Positions 1-9,543 of a stretch of 64,000 nt of DNA are shown here, one piece after another. Positions within the stretch are counted from its first letter, which is position 1; every line of letters starts with the position of its first letter. The DNA comes from an uncultured Planctomycetia bacterium. GTDB lineage: Bacteria; Omnitrophota; Gorgyraeia; 2-02-FULL-51-18. The stretch covers positions 368,168 to 432,167 of the forward strand of contig CAZXLF010000001.1 of NCBI GenBank assembly GCA_964642015.1, read 5' to 3'. The notes beneath the pieces were generated by a model that searched no databases, was not told the origin of the DNA, and saw nothing but the letters and a program-made list of their open reading frames with translations. The translations under genes were made by a program, and so were the position numbers.

Positions 1-2
1 AT

Positions 3-929
3 TACCAGATAGGGAATTGTTATTTTAATCTCTATGATTATGACAAAGCATTGACGATTTTTAAAGATATCAACTCCAGAGCGCCGAATGATGAGGTTGG
101 TCGCCTGTCAAAATATCAGATCGGATGGTGTTACTTTAAGACCAACCGTGAAAGTGAGGCGATCAAGGAGTTTGAGAGTTATCTGGAACATTATCCGCAA
201 AGCGACATCAGCGCTGATGTGCTTTATGGGCTCGGTGAATATTATTTCAATCGCGGACAATACGAAAAAGCCAGGCAGTACCTTGTGGCGATCCCTCAAA
301 AGTTCGCGACAAGCACTGCGGTGCCCAATGCGCGCTATTTGATGGCCTCCGCTTATGAAAGAGAAGGAGATCTTCGCGCCAGTATCAATCAGCTGAAGTC
401 ATTGTCGCATGATTATCCAAAGAGTGAGCTTGCCGCTAAAGGAATTCTTAAAGTCGCGGAATTTTTAGTTTCCCAGGGAAAGTCGGATGAGGCAAAGAAT
501 GAGCTTGTCAGATTCATCGATTCAGCTGGTTCGACCGCAGAGAAAAGCCTTGTCCAGAAAAAACTGGCCGAGATCCTAAAGGCGCAAAGTCATTGGAAAG
601 AATCTGTTTTTTATTTTGGAGAAGCTTTAAAAGGTGCGGTGGGTGACATGGCTTGCGAAACCCAGTTTGAGCTGGCTGAGACTTTAGAGGCCCAAGGCGA
701 AGCGGAAAAGGCGGCCGGTGAGTTTTTAAAAGTAGCGTACCTTTATCCGAACAACATGATCTATCCGGCGCGCGCACAGTTGCGTGCGGCTAAGATTTAT
801 GAAGATTTGAGTAAGTACAAAGATGCCGTGCAGGTCTATGAGAAAATAGCCAATTCATCGTCAAATCAGGCGGATTTTGCCAAAGAAAGGATCCGTAAAT
901 TGTCAGCGATTTTAGAACAGGGGAGGTGA
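3..929 (+). CDS. TPR-repeat protein (YbgF/CpoB/BamD-like), 5'-truncated by the window edge
   Basis: Frame is open from position 3 (YQIGNCYFNLYDYDKAL...). Repeated TPR-like helices (YQIGWCYF, YGLGEYYF, AAGEFLKVAYLYP). Lies directly upstream of exbB/exbD. Confidence 0.8.
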   Translation, partial: YQIGNCYFNLYDYDKALTIFKDINSRAPNDEVGRLSKYQIGWCYFKTNRESEAIKEFESYLEHYPQSDISADVLYGLGEYYFNRGQYEKARQYLVAIPQKFATSTAVPNARYLMASAYEREGDLRASINQLKSLSHDYPKSELAAKGILKVAEFLVSQGKSDEAKNELVRFIDSAGSTAEKSLVQKKLAEILKAQSHWKESVFYFGEALKGAVGDMACETQFELAETLEAQGEAEKAAGEFLKVAYLYPNNMIYPARAQLRAAKIYEDLSKYKDAVQVYEKIANSSSNQADFAKERIRKLSAILEQGR

Positions 930-933
930 TCGT

Positions 934-1581
934 ATGTGGGGTATCGGGATGTGGGATTTTATGGTCAAGGGCGGTCCAATCATGTGGCCCATTTTGGTTT
1001 GTTCCGTGCTAGCTTTCGGAATATTGATCGAACGTTTAATCAGTTTGCGGCAAGAGCAGATCGATACAAGGTCCTTTATGGAGCAGATTTCAAAATCGAT
1101 CAAGCGAAACAAAATCAAGGAAGCGCTGGACCTTTGCGACAAAACGCAAGGCCCTATTGCCAATATTCTGAAAGCAGGTATTTTGAAACATGACCGCGCC
1201 AGAAATGAGGTTAGAGAAGCGATAGAGGACGCCGCTATACATGAAGTGCCACGCCTTGAAAAAAATCTTCCGGTTCTGGCAACGCTTTCACACATTGCAC
1301 CTTTATTAGGTCTTTTAGGAACGGTTACCGGCATGGTCAATGCGTTTCAGGTCATTGAAAACAAGGCTTCAGCAATGAACCCCGTGAATCCGGGAGACTT
1401 GGCAGGCGGGATCTGGGAGGCTCTTTTGACGATGGTGTTCGGATTGTGTGTGGCCATCCCTGCTTATGTTGCATATAATTATCTTGTTAGCCGGGTGGAC
1501 GGTTTTGTGTTGGATATGGAGCGCAGCGCGACGGATCTTTTGAATATCTTGGGTGAAAAACGGGACGAAGATGCGATTTAG
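934..1581 (+). CDS. exbB: MotA/TolQ/ExbB proton channel family protein
   Basis: GGPIMWPIL, APLLGLLGTVTGM and LAGGIWEALLT motifs. SD GGAGGT precedes 934; ATG at 949 is an alternative start. Confidence 0.9.
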   Translation: MWGIGMWDFMVKGGPIMWPILVCSVLAFGILIERLISLRQEQIDTRSFMEQISKSIKRNKIKEALDLCDKTQGPIANILKAGILKHDRARNEVREAIEDAAIHEVPRLEKNLPVLATLSHIAPLLGLLGTVTGMVNAFQVIENKASAMNPVNPGDLAGGIWEALLTMVFGLCVAIPAYVAYNYLVSRVDGFVLDMERSATDLLNILGEKRDEDAI

Positions 1582-1999
1582 CCGTTTAAAACGCAGGACC
1601 CAAATAGAAAAAAGGCAGATAGATATCGCGCCGCTTGTCAGCGGTGTATTCTTGCTTTTTATTTTTTTCGTTCTTTCTTCTAATTTTGTCGCCCAACCGG
1701 GAATGAAGGTGGATTTGCCTCGCGCGATCACTAGTGAGATCGTTAGCAGTGAAAATCTTGTGGTGACGCTGACAGGCCAGAATTTGATCTTTCTCAACGA
1801 CCAGCCAGTCACGGTCAATGAACTTGCCGCTCAGCTGAAAGAAGCGGCCGGCGAGAACAAATCTTTACTTTTGAAGGCGGATGCCGGCGCTTCGCTCGGA
1901 CGAATGGTGGAAATTTGGGATTTATGCAGGGAGTTGGGTATTTCGCAAGTGAATATCGCAACGGACCAGAAATCTAGCACCGCAGCTACAACAGCTTAG
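1571..1999 (+). CDS. exbD: ExbD/TolR family protein; conserved TM Asp replaced by Ser
   Basis: IDIAPLV..VFLL.IFF TM segment, VDLPRA, LLLKAD..ASLGRMVEIWD. Start ATG 1571 overlaps the end of exbB. Confidence 0.88.
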   Translation: MRFSRLKRRTQIEKRQIDIAPLVSGVFLLFIFFVLSSNFVAQPGMKVDLPRAITSEIVSSENLVVTLTGQNLIFLNDQPVTVNELAAQLKEAAGENKSLLLKADAGASLGRMVEIWDLCRELGISQVNIATDQKSSTAATTA

Positions 2000-2010
2000 A
2001 AAGGGTTCAT

Positions 2011-2721
2011 GTGAAAGGATATGAAGGTTGGTCTTTCAGCGATAAATCGTTTGCGGTGGCGCTAAGCCTATCCATTGCCTGGCATCTTTTTTGGTTTTCG
2101 CTAGTTACAATCGGCGTGACTCCTGAAAAAGGGGTTCACAGGCCTGGATCCAAGATCGTTTTTTTAGGTTCGGTACTTGATGATAAGATCTTTAGAGTGT
2201 TGATGCAAAGCAAGCCTGATCTTCCGCAAGGCATGTCGCGCAAGCTTTCGGAGTTCACGGCGCCTATTGATATTGGTACGAGGACCATAGAACGGGTCGC
2301 TCCCGGATCCGTTGTTAGTTTGCCATTAGGTAAAAGAAGTAAGACCACGGCGCGTTTGATCATTACTGGAGCAAAGCCTTCCGCTCAACATGAATCTGCA
2401 TTTCAGATTGAGATGAAGCCCGTTTTTGATACGCCGATCATAGAGGGGGAGTTGATGGGCCGGCCTCTGATAAGTCGGCCCGGAGAACCATTACAGCCGG
2501 TTGGGATGGATCCAGCGTTCAAGGATTCCGCGGTCACGATCGATTTTACCGTAGATCCATCAGGGACAGTCAAACAGGCTCAAGTCAGTCTTTCAAGCGG
2601 CGATCCCGAAATAGATCTTTTATGGATGAGGTATTTGAGGGGTTGGCAATTTGCAGCATTAGGTCCTGAAAAAAAGATAACCGATCAAAAGGGCAAGATC
2701 AGGTTTCGTTTTCAACATTAA
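2011..2721 (+). CDS. TonB/TolA-like energy transducer
   Basis: N-terminal TM with S-x3-H (SIAWH). C-terminal TonB_C-like segment IDFTVDPSGTV...SSGDPEID...WQF. Confidence 0.75.
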   Translation: MKGYEGWSFSDKSFAVALSLSIAWHLFWFSLVTIGVTPEKGVHRPGSKIVFLGSVLDDKIFRVLMQSKPDLPQGMSRKLSEFTAPIDIGTRTIERVAPGSVVSLPLGKRSKTTARLIITGAKPSAQHESAFQIEMKPVFDTPIIEGELMGRPLISRPGEPLQPVGMDPAFKDSAVTIDFTVDPSGTVKQAQVSLSSGDPEIDLLWMRYLRGWQFAALGPEKKITDQKGKIRFRFQH

Positions 2722-2735
2722 GGAAAGAATAGATC

Positions 2736-2981
2736 ATGTTCCGTCTGGATATTTCAACGGCTGTATTGATTTACGTGATGTCGTCGCTGATCGTAATATT
2801 CTTTCTGTGGATCTTTTTTGAAAAAAAATCTATCCTTCCCAAATTTATCCGTGAGGAAGCAGATGTTTGGGAATGTTCGATCTGCACCTATATTTATGTG
2901 GATTCCACGCATCATGAGATATCCCAATGTCCTCAGTGTAAAAGTTACAATAAAAGGTCATCGGAAGAACGTTTGATTTGA
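2736..2981 (+). CDS. Small membrane protein with C-terminal CxxC...CxxC zinc ribbon
   Basis: One hydrophobic helix followed by WECSIC-x14-CPQC. AAGGAA upstream of the ATG. Confidence 0.75.
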   Translation: MFRLDISTAVLIYVMSSLIVIFFLWIFFEKKSILPKFIREEADVWECSICTYIYVDSTHHEISQCPQCKSYNKRSSEERLI

Positions 2982-3019
2982 TACTAAAGAAGTTTTGCAC
3001 AGATAGTTCATTAATAGTA

Positions 3020-3048
3020 TTGATTTATTGGTCCGGTATGTTTATGAT
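3020..3048 (+). promoter_or_regulatory. Putative sigma70 promoter
   Basis: TTGATT (3020-3025), 17-nt spacer, TATGAT (3043-3048), upstream of the 3095 gene. Confidence 0.5.
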
Positions 3049-3094
3049 AGTAAACAGTTAAATTTAATCAAAAAAATTTTATTCGGAGGAATGA

Positions 3095-3295
3095 ATGATC
3101 ACGGAAATCGGAATTGTCGCAGGAGATATTTGGCATTATTTAGATCAGCATAAAAGCACCACTCTTACCCAGCTTGCAAGCGGTATCGATAAAAATAGAA
3201 ATGTGGTATTGATGAGTCTCGGCTGGCTCGCCCGCGAAGGCCATGTGATCATGGAGGATATGGGAAGCGATTATAGGATCACACTGCGTTTTTAA
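3095..3295 (+). CDS. Small winged-helix protein (DUF2582-like)
   Basis: IGIVAGDIWHYL and LMSLGWLAREG motifs; strong SD GGAGG. Confidence 0.8.
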   Translation: MITEIGIVAGDIWHYLDQHKSTTLTQLASGIDKNRNVVLMSLGWLAREGHVIMEDMGSDYRITLRF

Positions 3296-3609
3296 TGACA
3301 GCAGTTTTGATCTTGACCACCGCGCCTGATCTTGGGGCTGCAAGGCGGATCGCGAAAGCGCTCGTGCAGAAAAAACTAGCTGCGTGCGTTTCGCTAAAAG
3401 AGGGCTTTCTCTCTTTTTACAGGTGGAAGGGTAGGGTCGAGCGTTCGCGGGAAGTCGTTTTATTCATTAAATCCTCAAAGACCAAATTTGTTCCCATCAA
3501 ACGTTTGTTGGGTAAAATTCACCCTTACGAAATACCCGAACTTATTGCGCTTTCAATACATCAAGGATCCCCCGAATATTTGGCTTGGATCGCTGATTCG
3601 CTCAGTTAA
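3295..3609 (+). CDS. cutA: Divalent-cation tolerance protein CutA
   Basis: LVQKKLAACV, SFYRWKG, HPYEIPELIAL and YLAWI motifs. Confidence 0.92.
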   Translation: MTAVLILTTAPDLGAARRIAKALVQKKLAACVSLKEGFLSFYRWKGRVERSREVVLFIKSSKTKFVPIKRLLGKIHPYEIPELIALSIHQGSPEYLAWIADSLS

Positions 3610-3665
3610 GATCGGAAAATGTTTTTGAATAAAATAAAAAATAAGCGGGGACGGTTTTCTAAAAG

Positions 3666-3741
3666 TGGTGGACCTGAGCGGGATCGAACCGCTGGCCTCC
3701 TCATTGCGAACGAGGCGCTCTACCAGCTGAGCTACAGGCCC
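3666..3741 (-). tRNA. tRNA-Ala(CGC)
   Basis: Reverse complement GGGCCTGTAGCTCAGCTGGTAGAGCGCCTCGTTCGCAATGAGGAGGCCAGCGGTTCGATCCCGCTCAGGTCCACCA folds as a cloverleaf. Anticodon CGC, G3:U70 pair, encoded CCA. Confidence 0.96.
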
Positions 3742-3764
3742 TTAACTTTTAAAATAGCGGTCTA

Positions 3765-3793
3765 ATCTTATCGAACTGTATGGATTCTGTCAA
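3765..3793 (-). promoter_or_regulatory. sigma70 promoter of tRNA-Ala
   Basis: Minus strand: TTGACA, 17 nt, TAAGAT, about 23 nt upstream of the tRNA. Confidence 0.7.
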
Positions 3794-3847
3794 TCAACGA
3801 TAGAATGCTCTTAAGGTCGATTATAAAATTTTTTGACAATATTTTTT

Positions 3848-4606
3848 ATGCGCCGATTCCAAATTAACTCTGATTTTATCCGGAATGGTCAGATTATTTT
3901 GGATAAGAAAGAAAGTCATCACGCGGCGTCGGTTCTCAGGCTGAAACCAGGAAATGAAGTGGCGTTGATGGATGGAAAAGGCGCCAGTTTTCATGGGATC
4001 ATCTCAGGGATTGAGAATGGCTTGGTGCGTGTTAATTTAAAACGCGATCAAACGTCTCATGATATTCCAAAGTCGTATCAGGGCATTCAGATCGATATTG
4101 CTGTTTCTGTGATCAAACCCGAGCGGATGGAGTTTATCATCGAAAAAGCTTGCGAGCTTGGAGTTCGCGGTATTTTTCCTATCCGAACGGAAAGAAGTGT
4201 CGTGAAGTTATCTCCTGAGCGTTGGCAAATGAAGATTAAGCGCTGGCAGAAAATAGCCGCAGAAAGCTGCAAACAATGCGGCTTAAAGATCGTTCCTGAT
4301 GTTCACGACGTCTTGAATTTGAAAGATATTTTATCGGGTCCGCTGGAGTACGATATGATATTGATACCGACTTTGGCAGTGCCGACCCGACCTCTTTACG
4401 GAGTATTGACAAGCAAGTCGTGCTCTAAGCTTTTATCCTTGATCGGTCCGGAAGGCGATTTTACGGCAAAAGAAGTAGAATTGGCGGCATCGCGCGGAGC
4501 GATACCCGTCAGTCTTGGTCGATTGGTGCTTAGGGCGGAGACTGCGTCTATCAATTTGATTTCGAATTTGAATTTTTTTTACAGGGAAATTGCACAAAAG
4601 GATTGA
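3848..4606 (+). CDS. rsmE: 16S rRNA m3U1498 methyltransferase RsmE
   Basis: HHAASVLRLK, IIEKACELGV, AAESCKQC, IGPEGDFT and LGRLVLRAETA motifs. ATG 3848 preferred over TTG 3833. Confidence 0.95.
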   Translation: MRRFQINSDFIRNGQIILDKKESHHAASVLRLKPGNEVALMDGKGASFHGIISGIENGLVRVNLKRDQTSHDIPKSYQGIQIDIAVSVIKPERMEFIIEKACELGVRGIFPIRTERSVVKLSPERWQMKIKRWQKIAAESCKQCGLKIVPDVHDVLNLKDILSGPLEYDMILIPTLAVPTRPLYGVLTSKSCSKLLSLIGPEGDFTAKEVELAASRGAIPVSLGRLVLRAETASINLISNLNFFYREIAQKD

Positions 4607-4607
4607 G

Positions 4608-5027
4608 ATGAAAAAAAGCAAAGCATTAAATGTGAATATCGCCGCGGTCATCCTATTTTTGATGATGCCATCAATAGTGGTATCAGCCAAGGACGGAAAT
4701 AATATAGTAAAAACATCGGATAGCAATGGTGATGGCAAGATCGATACATGGTCGACTTATGATTCATCAGGCGAACTAATAGAGGTGGCTCAGGATAAAC
4801 ACAGGGATGGAAGGCCGCATTCATGGAAATATTATCGCAACGGGAAAGTTTACAAAAGAGAATGGGATAGGAATTTTGACGGAAAGCCGGACATTCGCGT
4901 TTTTGAAGAGAACGGTCGCACGATCAAGACGGAATATGACAATAATTTTGACGGTAAGTTCGAAAAAGTTGTCAAAGCTCCTGAGGCAGGAACAATGCCT
5001 AAAATAAAAACGTCAAATGAAAAGTGA
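4608..5027 (+). CDS. Secreted protein with DxNxDG-type repeats
   Basis: Signal peptide then repeats DSNGDGKID, DKHRDGRPH, DRNFDGKPD, DNNFDGKFE. Confidence 0.7.
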   Translation: MKKSKALNVNIAAVILFLMMPSIVVSAKDGNNIVKTSDSNGDGKIDTWSTYDSSGELIEVAQDKHRDGRPHSWKYYRNGKVYKREWDRNFDGKPDIRVFEENGRTIKTEYDNNFDGKFEKVVKAPEAGTMPKIKTSNEK

Positions 5028-5076
5028 AGTTTATTTGAATCAAGGGTTAATCTAAATATTTATATCGTTTAACCGT

Positions 5077-5105
5077 TTGACAAACACAGTTTCCGATGTT
5101 ATACT
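5077..5105 (+). promoter_or_regulatory. sigma70 promoter of cvpA-dnaG-rpoD
   Basis: TTGACA (5077-5082), 17 nt, TATACT (5100-5105) with extended -10 TG. Confidence 0.75.
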
Positions 5106-5194
5106 TCCACAGTTGTCTGACGCATTCATAAACTCTACTTTTATACAAAACTCTTTAATAGACTAGGTCAACTTATTTAGATAAGCGAGGCCTT

Positions 5195-5728
5195 TTGAGC
5201 GATTTTATTTCGCGGCTTACGTGGGTCGATTATATTGCATTTGTGGCCGTGCTTTGGGGATTTTACGTCGGGTACAAAAGCGGATTATTCCCTGAGGTCT
5301 TGAGGATCGCAGCGTATTTAGCTACTGTAATTTTGACGCTTCGTTTCCGTGAGCCGCTTGCACAGTACCTGACTCTAAAGACTTTTTTGAATAGTGCCAC
5401 AGCAGCTGCGCTTTCGTTTTTTGTTCTGCTGCTTGGTACGTTTTTTTTACTGCGTTTAGTCACGGTGATCTTGCTTAAGCTTTTAAAGATCGGAGAAGGC
5501 GGAATTTTTTATCGGATCTTGGGAGCTTTGATCGGAGGATGCCGTTGGATCATTCTGCTAAGTTTGGTTTTTATGCTCATTGACAATTCACCGCTAGTGC
5601 CGCTTAAGACCGATGTTCATCAACGATCACTATTCGGGCCGAAAGTTTCAAAAATAGCGCCGACACTGTTTGATTTTCTCTCGACGCTTTCACCACAGCT
5701 GGCAGTTGCAGCCAAGAAGGCTACATGA
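5195..5728 (+). CDS. cvpA: CvpA family membrane protein
   Basis: WVDYI...GYKSGLFPEV and YRILGALIG motifs; four TM segments. Confidence 0.85.
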   Translation: MSDFISRLTWVDYIAFVAVLWGFYVGYKSGLFPEVLRIAAYLATVILTLRFREPLAQYLTLKTFLNSATAAALSFFVLLLGTFFLLRLVTVILLKLLKIGEGGIFYRILGALIGGCRWIILLSLVFMLIDNSPLVPLKTDVHQRSLFGPKVSKIAPTLFDFLSTLSPQLAVAAKKAT

Positions 5729-7494
5729 TACCTGACGCGATACTTAATCAAATCCAGGACCGCGTGGATATTGTTGAGGTGATATCGGCAACGGTGCCAT
5801 TAAAAAAAGCGGGAAGCAATTTTAAGGCGCCGTGCCCATTTCATCATGAAAAAACGCCTTCGTTCATCGTGAGCCCTGAGAAACAGATCTTTCATTGTTT
5901 TGGATGCGGGGCAGGAGGGAATGTTTTTAGTTTCCTGATGAAACAGGAACAAAAAGATTTTCTTGAAGTGGTGGAAATGCTCGCTGAGCAAGTGGGTGTC
6001 GAGATTCCGAAGGATTCAAAGTTCAGTTCACAAACGTCAGAAAAGAATGAGCAACTTACAAGCATCAATCATATCGCACAGGATTTTTATCACGAATTCC
6101 TTTTGACCAAAAGAGAAGCAGAAGGGGCAAGGCAATACCTCAAACACCGCGGGATCGAGGAAGCGGCGATAAAAAATTTTAAGCTTGGTTACGCTTCCGA
6201 ATCCTGGGACCTTTTGATACGCCATATCAAAGGCAAGGCATCTGAAAAATTAATCGAGAAAAGCGGCCTTGCGATCAAAAGGAAAGATGCGGAAGGCTAT
6301 TACGACAGGTTTCGCCATCGGATCATGTTCCCGATCTTGGATGTAAAAGGCGTTTGCCTGGCTTTCGGCGGCAGGGTCATGGATGATTCTTTGCCGAAAT
6401 ATGTCAATTCGCCGGAAACAGAAGTTTATTCGAAGAGCCGAAATCTTTACGGTCTTTTTCAGGCGCGTAAAGCGATACGCGAGCAGGATTCCGCGATCGT
6501 TGTAGAAGGTTACATGGACCTGATCGCGTGTCATCAGGCGGGTGTCGAAAATGCGGTCGCTTCGCTTGGCACGGCTTTGACGGTTGAGCAGGTCAAGCTG
6601 ATCAAGCGGAATACGCACAACGTTTTTATTCTGTACGATGCGGACCAGGCGGGTGAGCTGGCAACGCTCCGGGGCCTTGAGCTTTTTCTTGAGGAGGGTT
6701 TGGAGGTCAAGATCGTGCGGCTTCCGGAAGGTCACGACCCGGATTCTTTTCTTAAAGAATTCGGTGTCGATAAATTTAGAAAAGAATTGAGCAATGCCAA
6801 GACGCTGTTCGATTATCGCCTGGAACTGCTCAAGCAAAAATATGATTCAGGCGTTCTGGAGGGAAGGGTTAAGATAGCCAATGAAATGACGGCGTTGCTG
6901 ACCAAGGTGCAGAATGAGATCCTTCGGTCGGCCTGGACCAGAGAGCTGGCCCATACGCTGAAACTTTCGGAAGATTCGCTTTTGGCAGAAATGCGGAAAA
7001 GCGGATCGCACGCCAGAAGTTTTAAAGAAGAACCGCAGGTTCTGAAACAGCAGCAGGATGAATTTCATGCGGTTGAAAAACTTTTGATAGGTCTTTTGGT
7101 GGACAATCCTGATTTTGTTTCTCAAGCCAAAGGACAGATTAGCGAGGAAGATTTTCAAAGTATTCAGGCTCGCGCTGTGGCTAAACGATTGTTTGCGACA
7201 CAGGGATCGTTTGCTAGCGCTGCGCAGTGGATAAATATTTTTAAGGACGACCCCGATTTTGTGCGGCTTATTTCAATGACATCCGCCGAAATGAGCGCGG
7301 TGGTCGATAAAAAAAAGACATTTGAAGATTGCATCTTGTGGGTCAGGCGTTCAAGGATCAAGACCGAACGTGAAAATTTGAAGATACAGATCGAAGCGGC
7401 AGAGCGCGCGGGCGATAAGAACCGCATCAGCCGTCTCATGGTCGATTTTAATGAATTAAACAAGGGGATAAAAAAAATCAATGAAAAAAAATAA
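5725..7494 (+). CDS. dnaG: DNA primase
   Basis: [11 protein letters not shown]...CFGCG zinc domain, [32 protein letters not shown]. Confidence 0.98.
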   Translation: MIPDAILNQIQDRVDIVEVISATVPLKKAGSNFKAPCPFHHEKTPSFIVSPEKQIFHCFGCGAGGNVFSFLMKQEQKDFLEVVEMLAEQVGVEIPKDSKFSSQTSEKNEQLTSINHIAQDFYHEFLLTKREAEGARQYLKHRGIEEAAIKNFKLGYASESWDLLIRHIKGKASEKLIEKSGLAIKRKDAEGYYDRFRHRIMFPILDVKGVCLAFGGRVMDDSLPKYVNSPETEVYSKSRNLYGLFQARKAIREQDSAIVVEGYMDLIACHQAGVENAVASLGTALTVEQVKLIKRNTHNVFILYDADQAGELATLRGLELFLEEGLEVKIVRLPEGHDPDSFLKEFGVDKFRKELSNAKTLFDYRLELLKQKYDSGVLEGRVKIANEMTALLTKVQNEILRSAWTRELAHTLKLSEDSLLAEMRKSGSHARSFKEEPQVLKQQQDEFHAVEKLLIGLLVDNPDFVSQAKGQISEEDFQSIQARAVAKRLFATQGSFASAAQWINIFKDDPDFVRLISMTSAEMSAVVDKKKTFEDCILWVRRSRIKTERENLKIQIEAAERAGDKNRISRLMVDFNELNKGIKKINEKK

Positions 7495-9259
7495 AAGATC
7501 GAAGAAAAAGGCTTCTATACGAGTTAAGCGCAAGAAGAAAACCATTTTGAAGCGTTCGGCGAATAAAAAATCAAAGCTGAAGCCGCAAGTTTCCAAGGGT
7601 CAGGCTGTGCTGGTGGAGGACGCGTCGTCTGAGTCTGAAAAGCTGAAGCAAAAGGCAAAAGGCGTCGAGCAGCTGATTGTTTTGGGCAAGGAAAAAGGCT
7701 TTTTAACCTATGACGATATTAATCGCATCCTTCCGAGCCACGTCACTTCTTCGGAAGAGATCGATGATGTACTTGTTGCGCTGACAGGTCAGCAGATCGA
7801 CGTTGTGGATTCCGAAGATGGTTTGAGCAAAGACGTGAACTCCGACGCCGATTCTGAAAAGGATACTGAGAGCGAGGAGCCGGCCGAACAAGATTCAGAA
7901 TCAAAGAAAGAAGAGCCTGAAACGGCGTCTGTTCCTGTCGCTCGGCTTGAACAAATGGACGATCCCGTCAGGATGTATTTGAGGCAGATGGGCCAGATCT
8001 CGCTTTTGACGCGTGAGCAAGAATTGGAGTTGGCTAAGCGCATCGAGGCCGATGAACTCGAATTCAGAAAAGCCGTGTTCGAATGTTTTTATTCCCGCCA
8101 GTTCATCCTGGATTTCACGAACAAGCTTTTAAAACATGAATACACGATCGAAGAATATATCAACGAAGAGCTGAAGTTCCGCGAAAATGCTTCACGCACT
8201 CTGAAGCGCCTGAAAGTTCTTGCGAGACGTCTCAGGGGCGCAAAAAAGAATACGAATACGTTAGACCTTTTGCTCGAATTCCGTGTGAGCGCCCACATTG
8301 TCGAAGATATTTTTCATGACATCCGAGAAGCGGTGACACGTCTTGACCGCATTGAAAAGGAAATAGAAAGGCACCGCCGGAAGAAGGAAAGGACCCAGAT
8401 CAGTAAGCTCTTGAAAGAAAAACGGTCCATACTTCAGAAATTTGGAGAAAAAAGCCAAGAGAACCTAAAAGACAGGTTTCTTGCCATCAAAAGGAAAGAA
8501 AATAAATATCAGCGCGCCAAGAAGGAGCTTGTCGAGGCGAACCTGCGTCTTGTGGTCAGCATCGCGAAAAAATACACCAATCGCGGGCTTTCATTCCTCG
8601 ATCTCATCCAAGAGGGCAACATTGGTCTTATGAAAGCTGTAGATAAGTTTGAATACCGTCGAGGGTATAAGTTCAGTACTTATGCCACTTGGTGGATCAG
8701 GCAGGCCGTGACTCGTTCGATCGCCGATCAAGCCAGAACGATCCGTATCCCGGTCCATATGACCGAGACGATCAATAAATTGATCCGCGTTTCACGTACT
8801 TTAGTGCAGGAAACCGGTAAAGAACCTACACCCGAAGAGATCGGTCAACGCATGAGAATGGGGGTTGAAAAGGTAAGAGAGATCTTGAAGATTGCTCAAG
8901 AACCTATTTCACTTCAGACCCCGATCGGAGACGAAGGCGACACTCATTTTGGTGATTTTATCGAAGACAAACGCGCTGTTTCGCCTTCAAGCGCTACCAC
9001 CTATGCAATGCTAAAAGAGCAGATGGATGATGTGTTGTCCACGCTGACTGAGCGTGAGAGAAAAGTCCTCAAACTCCGTTTTGGCATTAACGATGGCTAT
9101 CCGCGCACGCTGGAAGAAGTCGGTTCGATATTCAATGTGACTCGCGAAAGAGTGCGGCAGATCGAAGCCAAGGCGCTTCGCAAGCTGCGCCATCCGACCC
9201 GCTCAAGAAAGCTCAAGACTTTCTTAGAGCTTGGTGTGGGGGAAGAGTTGGAATTCTAG
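7481..9259 (+). CDS. rpoD: Primary sigma factor RpoD
   Basis: Region 1.1 ([10 protein letters not shown]), [48 protein letters not shown]. Confidence 0.98.
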   Translation: MKKNKRSKKKASIRVKRKKKTILKRSANKKSKLKPQVSKGQAVLVEDASSESEKLKQKAKGVEQLIVLGKEKGFLTYDDINRILPSHVTSSEEIDDVLVALTGQQIDVVDSEDGLSKDVNSDADSEKDTESEEPAEQDSESKKEEPETASVPVARLEQMDDPVRMYLRQMGQISLLTREQELELAKRIEADELEFRKAVFECFYSRQFILDFTNKLLKHEYTIEEYINEELKFRENASRTLKRLKVLARRLRGAKKNTNTLDLLLEFRVSAHIVEDIFHDIREAVTRLDRIEKEIERHRRKKERTQISKLLKEKRSILQKFGEKSQENLKDRFLAIKRKENKYQRAKKELVEANLRLVVSIAKKYTNRGLSFLDLIQEGNIGLMKAVDKFEYRRGYKFSTYATWWIRQAVTRSIADQARTIRIPVHMTETINKLIRVSRTLVQETGKEPTPEEIGQRMRMGVEKVREILKIAQEPISLQTPIGDEGDTHFGDFIEDKRAVSPSSATTYAMLKEQMDDVLSTLTERERKVLKLRFGINDGYPRTLEEVGSIFNVTRERVRQIEAKALRKLRHPTRSRKLKTFLELGVGEELEF

Positions 9260-9267
9260 CTTCTTCC

Positions 9268-9297
9268 TTTACGCTATAGCTACATCTGTGCTACAAT
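9268..9297 (+). promoter_or_regulatory. Putative promoter of the tRNA pair
   Basis: TTTACG, 18 nt, TACAAT (9292-9297) with extended -10 TG. Confidence 0.5.
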
Positions 9298-9346
9298 CCT
9301 TACCCAGTTTTTGCGCTTAAATTTTCAGCGAAATCGGCCGTATTTT

Positions 9347-9420
9347 GGGCTCGTAGCTCAGTCGGTTAGAGCAGCTGACTCATAATCAGCGGGTCCCTGG
9401 TTCGAGTCCAGGCGGGCCCA
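9347..9420 (+). tRNA. tRNA with CAT anticodon, probably tRNA-Ile2 (lysidine); CCA not encoded
   Basis: GGGCTCG...GCTGACTCATAATCAGC...GTTCGAGTC...CGGGCCCA cloverleaf. Paired 1:72 and no three G:C pairs in the anticodon stem, so not fMet. Confidence 0.9.
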
Positions 9421-9423
9421 GTT

Positions 9424-9500
9424 GGGCAATTAGCTCAGTTGGTTAGAGCGTTCGCTTCACATGCGAAAGGTCATAGGTTCGAGTCCTATATTGCCCACCA
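9424..9500 (+). tRNA. tRNA-Val(CAC)
   Basis: GGGCAAT...TTCGC-TTCACAT-GCGAA...GTTCGAGTC...ATTGCCCACCA. Confidence 0.95.
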
Positions 9501-9543
9501 TACGTTTTATGTTTTGGCTTAAGTAATTTTAAAGAAAGAATTT

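Noticed and set aside
3610-3665. Possible integration site at the tRNA-Ala 3' end
   Set aside because: No integrase nearby, no duplicate of the tRNA 3' end noticed, and the flanking genes are ordinary.
6250-6837. 195-aa minus-strand ORF
   Set aside because: Antisense shadow of the dnaG catalytic core.
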